Shown in pieces: positions 40,472-55,400 of a DNA stretch of 64,000 bases (its first letter is position 1; each line of letters opens with the position of its first letter). A program made the position numbers and the translations under genes. This DNA is from Chrysomallon squamiferum (Eukaryota; Animalia; Mollusca). The notes beneath the pieces were generated by a model. The model had not been told where the DNA came from. It saw only the letters and a list, made by a program, of their open reading frames with translations, and ran no database searches. The stretch covers positions 30,566,001 through 30,630,000 of the forward strand of contig CM022665.1 in NCBI GenBank assembly GCA_012295275.1, written 5' to 3'.

Positions 40472-43400
40472 ATAACTAATTATAGGATTGATTATTTTGT
40501 TTTCAGCAAGAGACTTTGTTAACAAGACTACAGCTGTGACTTCTAAATCTTTCATTGTGGACAACACCCCACCCCAGCTTACTTCAGTTCAGATACAACT
40601 TTCATCTCGTTTCATCACAACCTCACAAATACATGTTTGGTAATCTTCTTTCTATTTATAGATTTTGTCATACATAAAAGAGCCAATCACTATAATTTCT
40701 CTAATTTAAATAGTTTTTAGTTTCATTTTATTTTCATGTACACAAAAAAAAAAAATAAATAAATAAATAAATGTTTGATTTCTGTAATTTAAATATTTTA
40801 AGTTTCATTTGTCTATACTTTTTTTTATTAATAACAACCTTAAACTATTTGTTGATTTTTGATTGGGTAACTTTATTAAATTTATTTATTTTTCATTATT
40901 TTTTAATGCTTGTCAGTTAGATTTTCATTAAAATATTTATAATTAGTCCCATTAAAAGCTGTCTTTTAAATTTTCTATTTTAATCAAATCAGGATTATAC
41001 CAAATTTTGTATCTACAGTTTCAATTAAAGAAAGAAAAAGAATTTCTTTTAATTCAGTAGGTTTTAAACTATTTTAAAAGCTATTTAATATTTTAGAGGT
41101 ATAATATGAAAACATTTTTCTAACATGCAAATAAAGTATATTTTGGTAAATGATAAATTGAGATCTATTATGTATTAGCAATGTTTAAAAGGTATCTCAT
41201 TTCAGCTGGAATGGAGTGTTTTCTGATGTTGAGAGTGGAGTAAAAAGTTTCAGTGGCTGCTGGTTCAAGACCTGGCTATGATGACGTCATACCTTTCACT
41301 GACAGCAGTGACACCTGTATCAACCTGAAATACACCGACAAAATGAAAGCTGGATACAAATATTACATCACTGTCAAAGTCAGCTTTTTATATAGTTTAT
41401 TACTTTATTTATCAGTCTGTAGATAAACAGGTATACAGTATTTACTTTTAATCTTGTTTTTATTACATATTTTATTTGTTATTTAAATAATTATATATCA
41501 TTAAAGAATTAACTTGAATCATGAAATATGAGTTGTATATCATTTCACATTCAAAACAAATTAGAACTCATTTGCTTTCTTAGTATTTGAAGTTGCTTTT
41601 GGTGTGAACAAGACATTATTTATAAAAAAGTATGTACAACAATTACTAGTGAAAGTTTTTTGATAAAGAGATAATCTTTTTAAAATTTCTGACATTTTAA
41701 ATTTTTTCAGGCCTTTAATGGAGCTGGACTTTACAAACAAACAGTCTCTCGTTCCATCATGATGGACACATCTCCACCCTTACCTGGTCATGTTTATGAA
41801 GGGTCAAGGACAGAAGACAAAGATTACATCACCAATGTATCCATGTTTGTTGTCTACTGGGACGGATTTGTTGACCCATGATCCTTTATCTCTGTTTACA
41901 AGGTCAAGGTTGGCACATGTAAAGGATGTGGTGATCTAGTGGAAGAATTTGAATACAATCTGAGAACTGGTAATTTTTTTATTTAAATTTTTTAAAGTTT
42001 ACCTTGAAAATGTATTATGCTTAAAATTATGTATACATATCATTAGAGACAAAATGTCATTCAATTTAATATGAAAACCTTTTTTTTAACATCATTTAAT
42101 TTCCTGTAATTATAAAATCAGATAAACTGATACATTGAAGAATTTTTCTGTTAATGTTTTATTTGTTAACTGAACAGAAATTGATCTGAGTCACACAGCT
42201 CCTGCACAAGGAGTTAAATACTTTGTGACTGTGACAGCATGTAACTCTGCCTTGCTGTGTACCAGTGCCACTTCAGATGGCGTTGTCATTGACAACACAG
42301 CACCAATCAGAGGTCATGTAATGGATGGAATAGGAGACACAGAAACACAGTTCCAAGCTTCTAAGTTAGTGTACATTTTAGACATTTCTGTCTGTTTGAA
42401 TTTCATTCTTCAAACGACAATTTTGTAAATCTATAATATGATTATTCATGCTTTTTCTGTGCTGAAATATTTTGTTCAAAACAATAATTTACAAACAGAA
42501 TTTTTTACTTTTAATGATTCTTTAGAGTACGTAATATTGTCTAGTCTGTGATGGTAGGTTGGAATGGGAAATATACAGTCTGATCCTGAATGATTACTAA
42601 ATGGAAAATCTGTCATTTCAAGTGTGTGTGATATCTCTTTCAAGTATTTTTGGTTATTAATTTTAAAAGACAGTATCATGTTTGAAAAAAACAATTATAT
42701 GTATATATTTGTGTGTTTAGTTTCAAGTGTTTTAGAGTATTATTACTAATGTACAGGACAAAGTTATATTTCAAATTATAACTAACTACTACATATTTAT
42801 ATATGTATATCTGTGTGTTTAGTTTCAAACTAACTAAAATATTTATATATGTGTATATTTGTGTGTTAGCATCAAGTAACTAAAATAGTATTACTAATGT
42901 ACAGGACAGTTACTACTAAAATGTATATTTGTGTGTGTTAGCATTAGTATTACTAATGTACAGGACAGTGTCATATTTCAAATCACAACTAACTACTACA
43001 TATTTATATATGTATATTTGTGTGTTAGCATCAAGTAACTAAAATAGTATTACTAATGTACAGGACAGTGTTACATTTCATTTTGTTGTTCAGGACGTTT
43101 GTGTCAGCCAAGTGGCATGGATTCCAGGATGCTCAGTCTGGTCTGGCTTTTTATGAGTGGAGGGTTGGAACATCTCCTGGTTCTGCTGATGTGCTCACAG
43201 TGACAAGATTACCACTGAGAGAATCTGCTTACACCAGCACCAGTCTAGTGACAAATAAACTCATGTACATCACCGTCAGAGCTTACAACAAAGCAGGTTG
43301 TCAGATTACTTGTGTTGTTTGACGTCTTTGAAAATAAAACAAAATTTACTTTTATGAAATAGTAAATACATGCAAAATTAATTCATATTGATATTTCCCA

Positions 43401-46400
43401 TTCCAACTCTAGTTCCATGCTTGCTGAGGTAAATGTCTTGGTAAATCTTTGACGTGAAGCATATTGCAAAAACAGAACCTCTTTCCTGATCATTAAGAGC
43501 AGCTCTTGAATGGTAGAAGCAGGTTTCCTCTCATAGAAGTCATCACTGCAAAATGTTAACAAAATTTTAGATTTTAAAATTTATTTATTCCTTTGATAAT
43601 GCGGTAACATTTAAAATCTTAAATTAAATAACAGTATCTGAGATAATGTTTGTTAAAATAAATTATTAAATGTTTATTTTCAGGTTTGTGGACAGAAGCA
43701 ACATCAAGTGGATTTTATGTTGATCTCACCCCACCCTCTGTATCCACCAAACCCTTTCTGTCAGAGGATATAAACTCCATGATCCGACGGACAACCGTGT
43801 CCAGAACAAACATCAAGATAAAGTGGAAGTTCACAGATTCTGAGTCGTACATAGAAAGACATTTTATTTCTCTTTCTTCTCACTATCTGGGAGAATTTCA
43901 ATCAAATTCTGTTCAGGTTGGTCAGTTAATGAAAATATTTTTAATTTTTTATTTACAAAAATAATTATAATTTAAAAAAACCACATTCTTTTCTTCAAGT
44001 ATTATAAAAAGGTAACAACATTCTGTGTTAGATCTGTATTAATTTACAAATCTTTTAGTTTTAAAATAAAAACTTTGACTTTGCCCTTGAGATTTTGAGC
44101 ATAATTTATAGACTTCAGAGTTACAATTGTTGATTATTTTATTACTAACTATTATGAAATTAAGTTCATTATGCTAATAATTTTTTTTAGGTTCCTGGAA
44201 TTTTACAAGAGTTTATCTTCACTAAACTAGATCTCCATGACGGCAGTCTGTATGATGTGAAGGTAGTTGCCTGTAACTTGGCTGGTTTGTGTGCTGTTGC
44301 CAAGACAACCAAGTTTTTATTTGACAGCTCACCACCCACAACTGGTATCTTTATGTTTTTATTTACAGTTTTATTTAAAAGTAAAAATGAAGACTTGCAT
44401 ATATAAATAACTTTTGCAAAAATATAATTTTAAATGATAACAATTATTCTCCTATTTATTTTAAGTTAAGTAATTATTTTAAATTATTTTGCTTTTATAT
44501 GAAATTAAAACTATACATATGTGTATGTTTTGTATTGTTGTCAGTTAAATATTTAAAATGAAAATAATAGGTTTGATAAAATATGCTGTCTAAAAGACAT
44601 ATCTTTCTTCTTACTGATGTGATGATTACTGAGAGAAATGTGTTGTAAAACTTAGGAATGTTTGCTGTGAAAACTGAGCATGCTGCTCGTCTGACAAGAC
44701 ACCAGTCTGAGTGGATGACGTGGGAAGTGGACAGACTGAACTTGGCCTGGCTCGGTTTTTTCTGATCTTCACTCACAAATAGATCATTACATCGTCAGTG
44801 TGGGAACATCTCCATTCGAACAGATCTCAATCAGGTTTCATGACTGTATTAAAAAATAAAAATTCTGTCCATGTTGAATATTTCAAAAATGTTTCATGAT
44901 GCTTCTTCTGAAAAAATCAGATATGGTGGATTCTGCTATCAGAGTGAATTGACTAGAATTTAAAAAAAAAAGTAAAACCAAACTGAAAATTATAATTCTA
45001 TTTATGATTTGTAGTAATCCACTGACCCATAATGTTAGATACAGAAACATTTTACTGCTTTGATATGTTGTATTTTTGAGAATTAAGAATTGTTAGCTAA
45101 TAATAAATTTAGAACACATAATAAATGTGGTTAATGTTGTTTACTAACAGAATGGCCAGCCAGTGAGAGTATCACACACAACAACAGGGTCTGACAAGAA
45201 AGATGAAGGATTTGTTCAGCTGTACACTGTCCTCACTAAAACATCAGTACAAGATCCTCACTTTTTCTTGCAGTCTGGGCTGTCAATAAGGTACTAATCT
45301 GTAAATATCTCTTATACATGTAACCTGTATGCAATTATAACATGTACCTCACTAAAAACATCAGTACAAGATCCTCACTTTTCCTTGCAGTCTGGGCTGT
45401 TAATAAGGTACTAATAACATGTAACTAATCTGTAGATAACTGTTATAGATGTAACCTGTATAGCATTATAACATGTACCTCACTAAAAACATCAGTACAA
45501 GATCCTCACTTTTCCTTGCAGTCTGGGCTGTTAATAAGGTACTAATCTGTAAATAACTGTTATACATGTAACCTGCATAGAATTATAACATGTAACTAAT
45601 CTGTATATAATTCTTATACATGTAACCTGTATATAATTATAACATGTAGAATATGTATATAAGTGTTATACATGTAACTGATTTGTATATAACTCTTATA
45701 CATGTAATATGTATAGAATTATAATGCAACTAATCTGTATATAACTCTTATATATGTAACCTACATGTAAGTATAATGTAACTGATCTGTATATAATTCT
45801 TATATATGTAACCTGTATAGAATTATATAACAGAATCTGTATGTAATCATTAATTCTTATATAATTATATCTCTTATATATGTAGCCTGTATATAATTTT
45901 AACAATAATCTGTTTATAACTTTTTTACATGTAACCTGTATATAATTATCACTTGTAACATCAGTTTGTATATAACTGTTATAGATGTAACCTGTATATA
46001 ATTATAACTGTTATACATGTAACTTGTATATAATTATAAGTAATTATAAAAGTTATTTATTTGTATATATTCATAATTCTTACCTGTAATCTATATATAA
46101 CTACCATATTTATCTGTAATAATATATATAATTATAAAATGTATCTTTTGTCTTACTTGTTTTAATTTTTTTCCTGTAATCTGTTTCATTATAATATTTT
46201 TTTCATTTCTTATCTCATCCTAATAAATGTTTCATTATACATTTTTTTATCTTTTTGTGTTAACTGCTGTCATAAGAATTATTTTTTGCTTACCAGTAAT
46301 CTGTATACAATATTTCTATACCTAATCTATTTTTTTATTTTTTTATGTTAATTTTTGTTGTTGATATTGTTTTATTAATATTAAATATTATGATCACTTA

Positions 46401-49400
46401 ATATTTATATATATATATATTACATATATTTGAGAAAATGTTTATGTGGCTTTAACAAAAATAACAATTTCATGTTAAAGGTTGGTTTGCAGTCAAATGC
46501 TCTGCACAGTGAAGTGACACTTGCAAATGGAGGATCACTGGAACTTGTCAGACGCTGTAAAGTGTTCAGTTGTGTGGGTCACTGTGTGTGTGTGGCAGTC
46601 AGGACAAAACTTGTGACATTGCCAGGAAATGTTCCAGTGGTAGGATACCCTTATTTACATAATTATAGCACAAACATTTATATTTTCTGTTAATATGAAC
46701 TCACTGGCAACACAGATATAAAAGAACATTCTGCAATAATCAGAAGTATGTAATTTTAGTATTAGTCTGAGCTTGTTTGTTTGGAGAATCAGTCTTCCTC
46801 TAACGTATCTCATGTTATTTCCTTCTATAGCCTCTGGCTTACTTATTTATCTTACAGACCAGTGATAGTAGTGCCTCATAGTGAGAGTACAAAAATGTAT
46901 GGTGATGGTAAAAACTGTATGTCTGTAACTCTAATGCCTGTAACTACACTACATAATTTAACAATTATAAAATTCAACCGAAAGGCTCAGATCTTACAAA
47001 TTATTTGAAATGCCATGAAAAATAAAATATTAACTTAATTAAGCACCACTAATATAGACCAGAATTTTGATTTGGTATACATGGTAACAGGACCAGTGTT
47101 TTGATTAGCACAGATGATTTGATTTGGTAAACTTGATAAAATGGTCTAATTTGCAGACATTCTGATCCAAAACAATTGTCTTTATTACTTAAAGATAAAA
47201 GATAGAATTTTATAATGTAATATTAATAATATAAATTTCAGGTGATGGAAGCACAGAAATACTTGTCAAGGATGTAACCGATCTCCATTTTAAAACAGAA
47301 GATAAAGATGAACAGTTCACATCCAGCAGTTCTCATGTAGCAGCAACATGGCAAATACAGAAAGGTGGACCAGTGAAAAGGTGCATTATATTTTTTATTT
47401 TATTTTTGTGGTAAAGTAGACTGTGATAAAATTGTGAAACCATTTGAATCAAGAAAAGTAATTCATTTACTTCTGATTTTAGCTTTACAGAGCAAAAAGT
47501 ATCAGTGATGAAATACTTTAAACTGGTAAAATAATAGAATTTTTATTTATAATTTCACATAAAAAAAGTTGAGTTTTTCAGTGAATGTCAGCCATTTTTG
47601 TTTTATAATCACTGCCAAAATAGATATATTATTACTTGCTTGTATTCTGTGAGGTTTTTTTTAAACAACATATTTGTTAAGTTAACAAGATGACTGAAAA
47701 CAGTTACATATTTAATTGTTGTTTTCTCAGGTATGAAGTAAGTGTTGGTTACAGTGACAAAGATTTACCAGAAGGTGTTTACAATCAGCAGAGAGATCAG
47801 ATCTGGTTTCATGTTGGATTGGCCACATCAGCTGTGATCACAATACCAAGAGGTTTAATTTTCTTTATTATTTAGTGATATTGATAACAAACAAAACTTT
47901 CACATCTTTTCATTATTTAGTGATGTTGATAACAGACAGAAGTTTAGTTTTCTTCATTTTGGACATTTATTTAAAGTTTAGTTTTCTTCATTATTTAGTG
48001 GCGTTGATAACAGACAGAAGTTTAGTTTTTCTTCATTATTTAGTGACATTGATAACAGACTGAAGTTTAGTTTTTCTTCATTATTTAGTGATGTTGATAA
48101 CAAAAGAAGATTCTCATCTTTACTGCATCAAAACTCATCTTCAAAATCTGATGTTTGGTTGTTTTATCTTTTTACCAGTGAAAAGTGCTACTAAAAATAA
48201 AAAAAAAAAATAGGCCTATATGCCATTATTGTAATAATGGAAATAAAATTATTCATTTAAGAATACTTCTTTGCATTTTTCTTTTTTCCATTTTATAATA
48301 TAAATATATTTTTTTTATAATTTATATTTCTTAAATAGTTGAATATCATTTATTTCGAGAGAAATTATATTAAGGTTTTTGATGTAAACTGAAAGGTCTT
48401 GAATTTTCCTTATGTAAAACATGATTATTATTAATTTATAGTTATTTAAACATTTTATTTGTTTTTCTATTATTTAGATAAACAGCTGAGTGAAAATATC
48501 AAATATTCCGTCTTTGTTCGTGCATGGTACAGTTCTCAAGTGTTTGATGTTTTCAAGTCAGATGGAGTAGCTGTGATTGTCAAAGCAGTGGGAATATCAA
48601 ACCAAGTTGGCAGAGCAGTAAGTTTACTGTTTTAACAATATCTTCTACTTTGTGTTTGAAGTGAGAAACACAATGTATCTGTTTTAGAAAGAAAGAAATT
48701 CATTTATTTAAATTTATTATTTTAAAATAATAAGAACAGAAATATTTTTAAAAAGCTTTTCCGTAGATCATTAAAATTATGGAATTAAAAAAACTGATAT
48801 GTAAAAATAAAAAGCATTATAACTTTATGAAATATAAAATTCATATTTTATTCATTGTTAATAATATTAAATCTGTTTTAATAAAATAATATATTATATT
48901 TTTTAGGTTAAAGAACATTCAAGTAATGGACAGATGAAAGACACAGATTTCATAAATAACAACCAAGAAGTTTATGTGAGCTGGAAAGACAATTTTAAAC
49001 CTGGTTTGTTTGGTCTCACAAAGTATGGGTGTATATCAGCACTTACCCAGGAGGTAAATGTTTTTTGTTAATGTTAAATTTGTTATTTTTTAAATATAAT
49101 TACATCTGTATCAGCACTTACACAGGAGGTAAATGTTTTTGTTAATGTTAAATTTGTTATTTTTTTAATAATATTACATCTGTATGAGTGCATACCCTGG
49201 AGGTAAATGTTTTTGTTAATGTTAAATTTGTTATTTTTTTAATAATATTACATCTGTATGAGTGCATGCCCTGGAGGTAAATGTTTTGTTAATGTTAAAT
49301 TTATTATTTTTAAATATAATTACATCTGTATCATCACTTACACAGGAGGTAAATGGTTTTAATGTTAAATTTATTATTTTTTAAATATAATTACATCTGT

Positions 49401-52400
49401 GTGAGTGCATACCCTGAGGTAAATGGTTTTGTTAATGTTAATATTTATTATTTTTTTAACATAAATGANNNNNNNNNNNNNNNNNNNNNNNNNNNNNNNN
49501 NNNNNNNNNNNNNNNNNNNNNNNNNNNNNNNNNNNNNNNNNNNNNNNNNNNNNNNNNNNNNNNNNNNNNNNNNNNNNNNNNNNNNNNNNNNNNNNNNNNN
49601 NNNNNNNNNNNNNNNNNNNNNNNNNNNNNNNNNNNNNNNNNNNNNNNNNNNNNNNNNNNNNNNNNNNNAAAGAGTGTGTATTGTTATTTTACAGATAAAG
49701 AGTGTGTGTGTTGTTATTTTACAGATAAAGAGTATGTGTATTGTTATTTTACAGATAAAGAGTATGTGTGTTGTTATTGATAAAGAAGTTTGTTTGTTAT
49801 TTTACAGACAAAGAGTATGTGTTTGTTATTTTACAGATAAAGAGTATGTGTGTTGTTATTTTACAGATAAAAGTGTGTGTATTGTTATTTTACAGATTAT
49901 TTTATTTTTTACAGATAAAGAGTGTGTGTTGTTATTTTACAGATAAAGAGTGTGTGTGTTATTTTACAGATAAAGAGTGTTTTGTTACAGATAAAGAGTG
50001 TGTGTTGTTATTTTACAGATAAAGAGTGTGTGTTGTTATTTTACAGATAAAAGAGTGTGTGTATTTTACAGATAAAAGAGTATTTTATTTTACAGATAAA
50101 GAGTGTGTGTTGTTATTTTACAGATAAAGTGTGTGTGTATTGTTATTTTACAGATAAAGAGTGTGTGTGTTGTTATTTTACAGATAAAGAGTGTGTGTTG
50201 TTATTTTACAGATAAAGAGTATGTGTCTTGTTATTTTACAGATAAGGAGTATGTAAATGTGGAGTTTGATGAGTCATTACAACATGGAAAGCGTTACTAC
50301 ATCTGTATTCATGCCAGTGAGAAACAAGTGCAGTATGAAAAGTGGACAGATTACCTGTTAGAAGTAAATCAGTGCAGTGATGGTGTTGTTATTGATCTCA
50401 CTAAAACCTACTGGTGGTCGAGTGTGGATTAGCAAACTCAATCACAAGCAATATCAGGTAATCTTTTGTAAATAATCTTAGAATATTTATTTTAAATTAT
50501 TTCATAATTAGTATATCAAACATACACATAATAATACATATATGAATTATTTTATCAGATGAAAAGAATGAATATCAGATTTTCAGTTAATAGTTTTATT
50601 GTAATTGTGCATAGAGTTTTCAGTTTATCAATAAAATAGAGAAGTTCTGTTTTGATCAATTAATTTGTATAAAATAGCTATTTTTGTTTATTTATTTATC
50701 TGTTTACATTTTTTTAATTTTTAATTTTTTTAATTTATTTATTTATCTTTTTTTGTTTTGTTTTGATGCTGTGCTCATTATTTATGTTAAACTTTTATCT
50801 TACTCATTAGTTCAGTATACTCTACATTTTTTTTTATGTAAAAAGATTTCTGAAATCTTGGGTAATGATTGTCACACACTAACAAAATAGAAAGAGAGAC
50901 TAAGAAAACAGGTAAATGAAATGAGAGATTAATTATGTAGACTCAAAGTTGATATGTTTATTTAATAATTTCAGTCGTCTCTGACTGAGGTGGAGGTGTT
51001 GTGGGATGGGTTTACTGATGTTGATGAAATCAGTTCTGTACTGCACACTACTGGAATAGCAGACTATCAAATAGCACTTGGTTAGTTTGTTTATCTTCTG
51101 TTAACTTTAAATTTTCATTACTTACGTTAAGATTTTTATAAACTTCAAAACCCTTGCTTTTGTCTATATTTAAAAATGTTCCTTAAAACTTTTGTTTTGA
51201 TATATTTTAAAATATCATTTCTCTTTTAAGATTATTAACTAACAAAACAGATTACTCAGACTTGAAACAAATGTAGAAATTATGGCTGCTTTTCATTGAG
51301 AGGATTTCTAATGTTTTAATATTTACATTTGTAATAATTTCAATAATACCATGTTGAATATTTCTAAAGTTTACTTTTAGTTTGGTTATAGTTCTGTTTT
51401 CATGCTAATTTTCTCATTGTAGATGATATTTAACATGTCTCTATATAACATACTATTGCATTTATAAAAAGACAAATGTTTTATATATAACAACTTGTTA
51501 TGTTTAATGGATAAAACAAGTTGTTAGGTTTAAAGTATATAACAAGTTGTTAGGTTTAATATATATAACAAATTGTTATGTTTATTATTATATATAACAA
51601 GTTGTTATGTTCAATGTATATAACAAGTTATGTTCAATGTATATAACAAGTTGTTATGTTCAATGCATATAACAAGTTGTTGTTTAATATATATAACAAG
51701 CTGTTATGTTTAATTTGTATAACAAGTTATATTTAATATATATAATAAGTTGTTGTTTAATATTATATATAACAAGTTGTTATGTTTAATTTATATAACA
51801 AGTTATATTTAATATATATAATAAGTTGTTGTTTAATATTATATATAACAAGTTGTTACATTTAATGTAACAAGTTATGTTTAATATATATAACAATGTA
51901 TATAATAATGTATATAACAAGCTGTGTATATAACAAGCTGTTATGTTTAATATTATATATAACAAGTTGTTATGTTTAATTTATTTGACAGGTTCAGTTC
52001 CTGGAGGTGAAGATGTTGTCAGTTTTCACAACGTTGGCCTTGTCAATCACCAAACTTTGCACAGTCTCAAACTACAGAATGGACACACACTGTTTGTCAC
52101 TGTTAAAGGTTGTTAAATCTATTTGTAAATTCAACCTCTCTTTCTCTCTCTCATCTGCTATTTAATTGCAGTATCATTGTTTTTTATTCAAAAATAATTA
52201 TAATAAAACATAACAAATATTTAAAGAATAATACATCATAATTATTGCAATTCTGTATTATAAATTTTAATTATTTATTTTTATGATTTTATTTTAATTA
52301 ATTAATTTATATATATTTTTTTTTAATTCGTTGAAAAGATGAGCACAAGTCAAAAAAAAAAAAAAAAATCTTTTAAAGTAATTTTACCCATTTGTAGGAA

Positions 52401-55400
52401 ATAATTTATTCAGTCAGAAATCTTCTTTAATTTTTTTTTTTTTTTTTTTTACCATAACTAATTATAGGATTGATTATTTTGTTTTCAGCAAGAGACTTTG
52501 TTAACAAGACTACAGCTGTGACTTCTAAATCTTTCATTGTGGACAACACCCCACCCCAGCTTACTTCAGTTCAGATACAACTTTCATCTCGTTTCATCAC
52601 AACCTCACAAATACATGTTTGGTAATCTTCTTTCTATTTATAGATTTTGTCATACATAAAAGAGCCAATCACTATAATTTCTCTAATTTAAATAGTTTTT
52701 AGTTTCATTTTATTTTCATGTACACAAAAAAAAAAATTAAATAAATAAATAAATGTTTGATTTCTGTAATTTAAATATTTTAAGTTTCATTTGTCTATAC
52801 TTTTTTTTATTAATAACAACCTTAAACTATTTGTTGATTTTTGATTGGGTAACTTTATTAAATTTATTTATTTTTCATTATTTTTTAATGCTTGTCAGTT
52901 AGATTTTCATTAAAATATTTATAATTAGTCCCATTAAAAGCTGTCTTTTAAATTTTCTATTTTAATCAAATCAGGATTATACCAAATTTTGTATCTACAG
53001 TTTCAATTAAAGAAAGAAAAAGAATTTCTTTTAATTCAGTAGGTTTTAAACTATTTTAAAAGCTATTTAATATTTTAGAGGTATAATATGAAAACATTTT
53101 TCTAACATGCAAATAAAGTATATTTTGGTAAATGATAAATTGAGATCTATTATGTATTAGCAATGTTTAAAAGGTATCTCATTTCAGCTGGAATGGAGTG
53201 TTTTCTGATGTTGAGAGTGGAGTAAAAAGTTTCTCAGTGGCTGCTGGTTCAAGACCTGGCTATGATGACGTCATACCTTTCACTGACAGCAGTGACACCT
53301 GTATCAACCTGAAATACACCGACAAAATGAAAGCTGGATACAAATATTACATCACTGTCAAAGTCAGCTTTTTATATAGTTTATTACTTTATTTATCAGT
53401 CTGTAGATAAACAGGTATACAGTATTTACTTTTAATCTTGTTTTTATTACATATTTTATTTGTTATTTAAATAATTATATATCATTAAAGAATTAACTTG
53501 AATCATGAAATATGAGTTGTATATCATTTCACATTCAAAACAAATTAGAACTCATTTGCTTTCCTAGTATTTGAAGTTGCTTTTGGTGTGAACAAGACAT
53601 TATTTATAAAAAGTATGTACAACAATTACTAGTGAAAGTTTTTTGATAAAGAGATAATCTTTTTAAAATTTCTGACATTTTTAATTTTTTCAGGCCTTTA
53701 ATGGAGCTGGACTTTACAAACAAACAGTCTCTCGTTCCATCATGATGGACACATCTCCACCCTTACCTGGTCATGTTTATGAAGGGTCAAGGACAGAAGA
53801 CAAAGATTACATCACCAATGTATCCATGTTTGTTGTCTACTGGGACGGATTTGTTGACCCGCAGTCCTTTATCTCTGTTTACAAGGTCAAGGTCGGCACA
53901 TGTAAAGGATGTGGTGATCTAGTGGAAGAATTTGAATACAATCTGAGAACTGGTAATTTCTTCATTTAAATTTTTTAAAATTTACCTTGAAAATGTATTA
54001 TGCTTAAAATTATGTATGTATACATATCATTAGAGACAAAATGTCATTCATTTTAATATGAAAACCTTTTTTTTAACATCATTTAATTTCCTGTAATTAT
54101 AAAATCAGATAAACTGATACATTGAAGAATTTTTCTGTTAATGTTTTATTTGTTAACTGAACAGAAATTGATCTGAGTCACACAGCTCCTGCACAAGGAG
54201 TTAAATACTTTGTGACTGTGACAGCATGTAACTCTGCCTTGCTGTGTACCAGTGCCACTTCAGATGGCGTTGTCATTGACAACACAGCACCAATCAGAGG
54301 TCATGTAATGGATGGAATAGGAGACACAGAAACACAGTTCCAAGCTTCTAAGTTAGTGTACATTTTAGACATTTCTGTCTGTTTGAATTTCATTCTTCAA
54401 ATGACAATTTTGTAAATCTATAATATGATTATTCATGCTTTTTCTGTGCTGAAATATTTTGTTCAAAACAATAATTTACAAACAGAATTTTTACTTTTAA
54501 TGATTCTTTAGAGTACGTAATATTGTCTAGTCTGTGATGGTAGGTTGGAATGGGAAATATACAGTCTGATCCTGAATGATTACTAAATGGAAAATCTGTC
54601 ATATTTCAAGTGTGTGTGATATCTCTTTCAAGTATTTTTGGTTATTAATTTTAAAAGACAGTATCATGTTTGAAAAAAACAATTATATGTATATATTTGT
54701 GTGTTTAGTTTCAAGTGTTTTAGAGTATTATTACTAATGTACAGGACAAAGTTATATTTCAAATCATAACTAACTACTACATATTTATATATGTATATCT
54801 GTGTGTTTAGTTTCAAGTAACTAAAATATTATTACTAATGTACAGGACAGTGTCATATTTCAAATCACAACTAACTACTACATATTTATATATGTATATT
54901 TGTGTGTTAGCATCAAGTAACTAAAATAGTATTACTAATGTACAGGACAGTGTCATATTTCAAATCACAACTAACTACTACATATTTATATATGTATATT
55001 TGTGTGTTAGCATCAAGTAACTAAAATAGTATTACTAATGTACAGGACAGTGTCATATTTCAAATCACAACTAACTACTACATATTTATATATGTATATT
55101 TGTGTGTTAGCATCAAGTAACTAAAATAGTATTACTAATGTACAGGACAGTGTTACATTTCATTTTGTTGTTCAGGACGTTTGTGTCAGCCAAGTGGCAT
55201 GGATTCCAGGATGCTCAGTCTGGTCTGGCTTTTTTATGAGTGGAGGGTTGGAACATCTCCTGGTTCTGCTGATGTGCTCACAGTGACAAGATTACCACTG
55301 AGAGAATCTGCTTACACCAGCACCAGTCTAGTGACAAATAAACTCATGTACATCACCGTCAGAGCTTACAACAAAGCAGGTTGTCAGATTACTTGTGTTG

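Larger units (their letters stand above)
38253..49468 (+). repeat. Copy 1 of the ~12-kb duplicated segment of gene C (17 exons, several apparent lesions)
   Basis: Near-identical to 50242-61566 and ends exactly at the gap. Relative to copy 2: -CT ~41251, TGA 41879-41881, +T ~44760, -A ~45240, +TG ~46590, -A ~49028. Confidence 0.92.

Noticed and set aside
41879-41881. In-frame TGA as selenocysteine
   Set aside because: It aligns to Gln (CAG) in the other copy, not to Cys, and there is no SECIS evidence.
38253-49053. Copy 1 as a genuine pseudogene, or programmed frameshifting/readthrough
   Set aside because: The lesions are mostly homopolymer-type, are complementary between copies and flank an assembly gap, so sequencing error is the simpler explanation.
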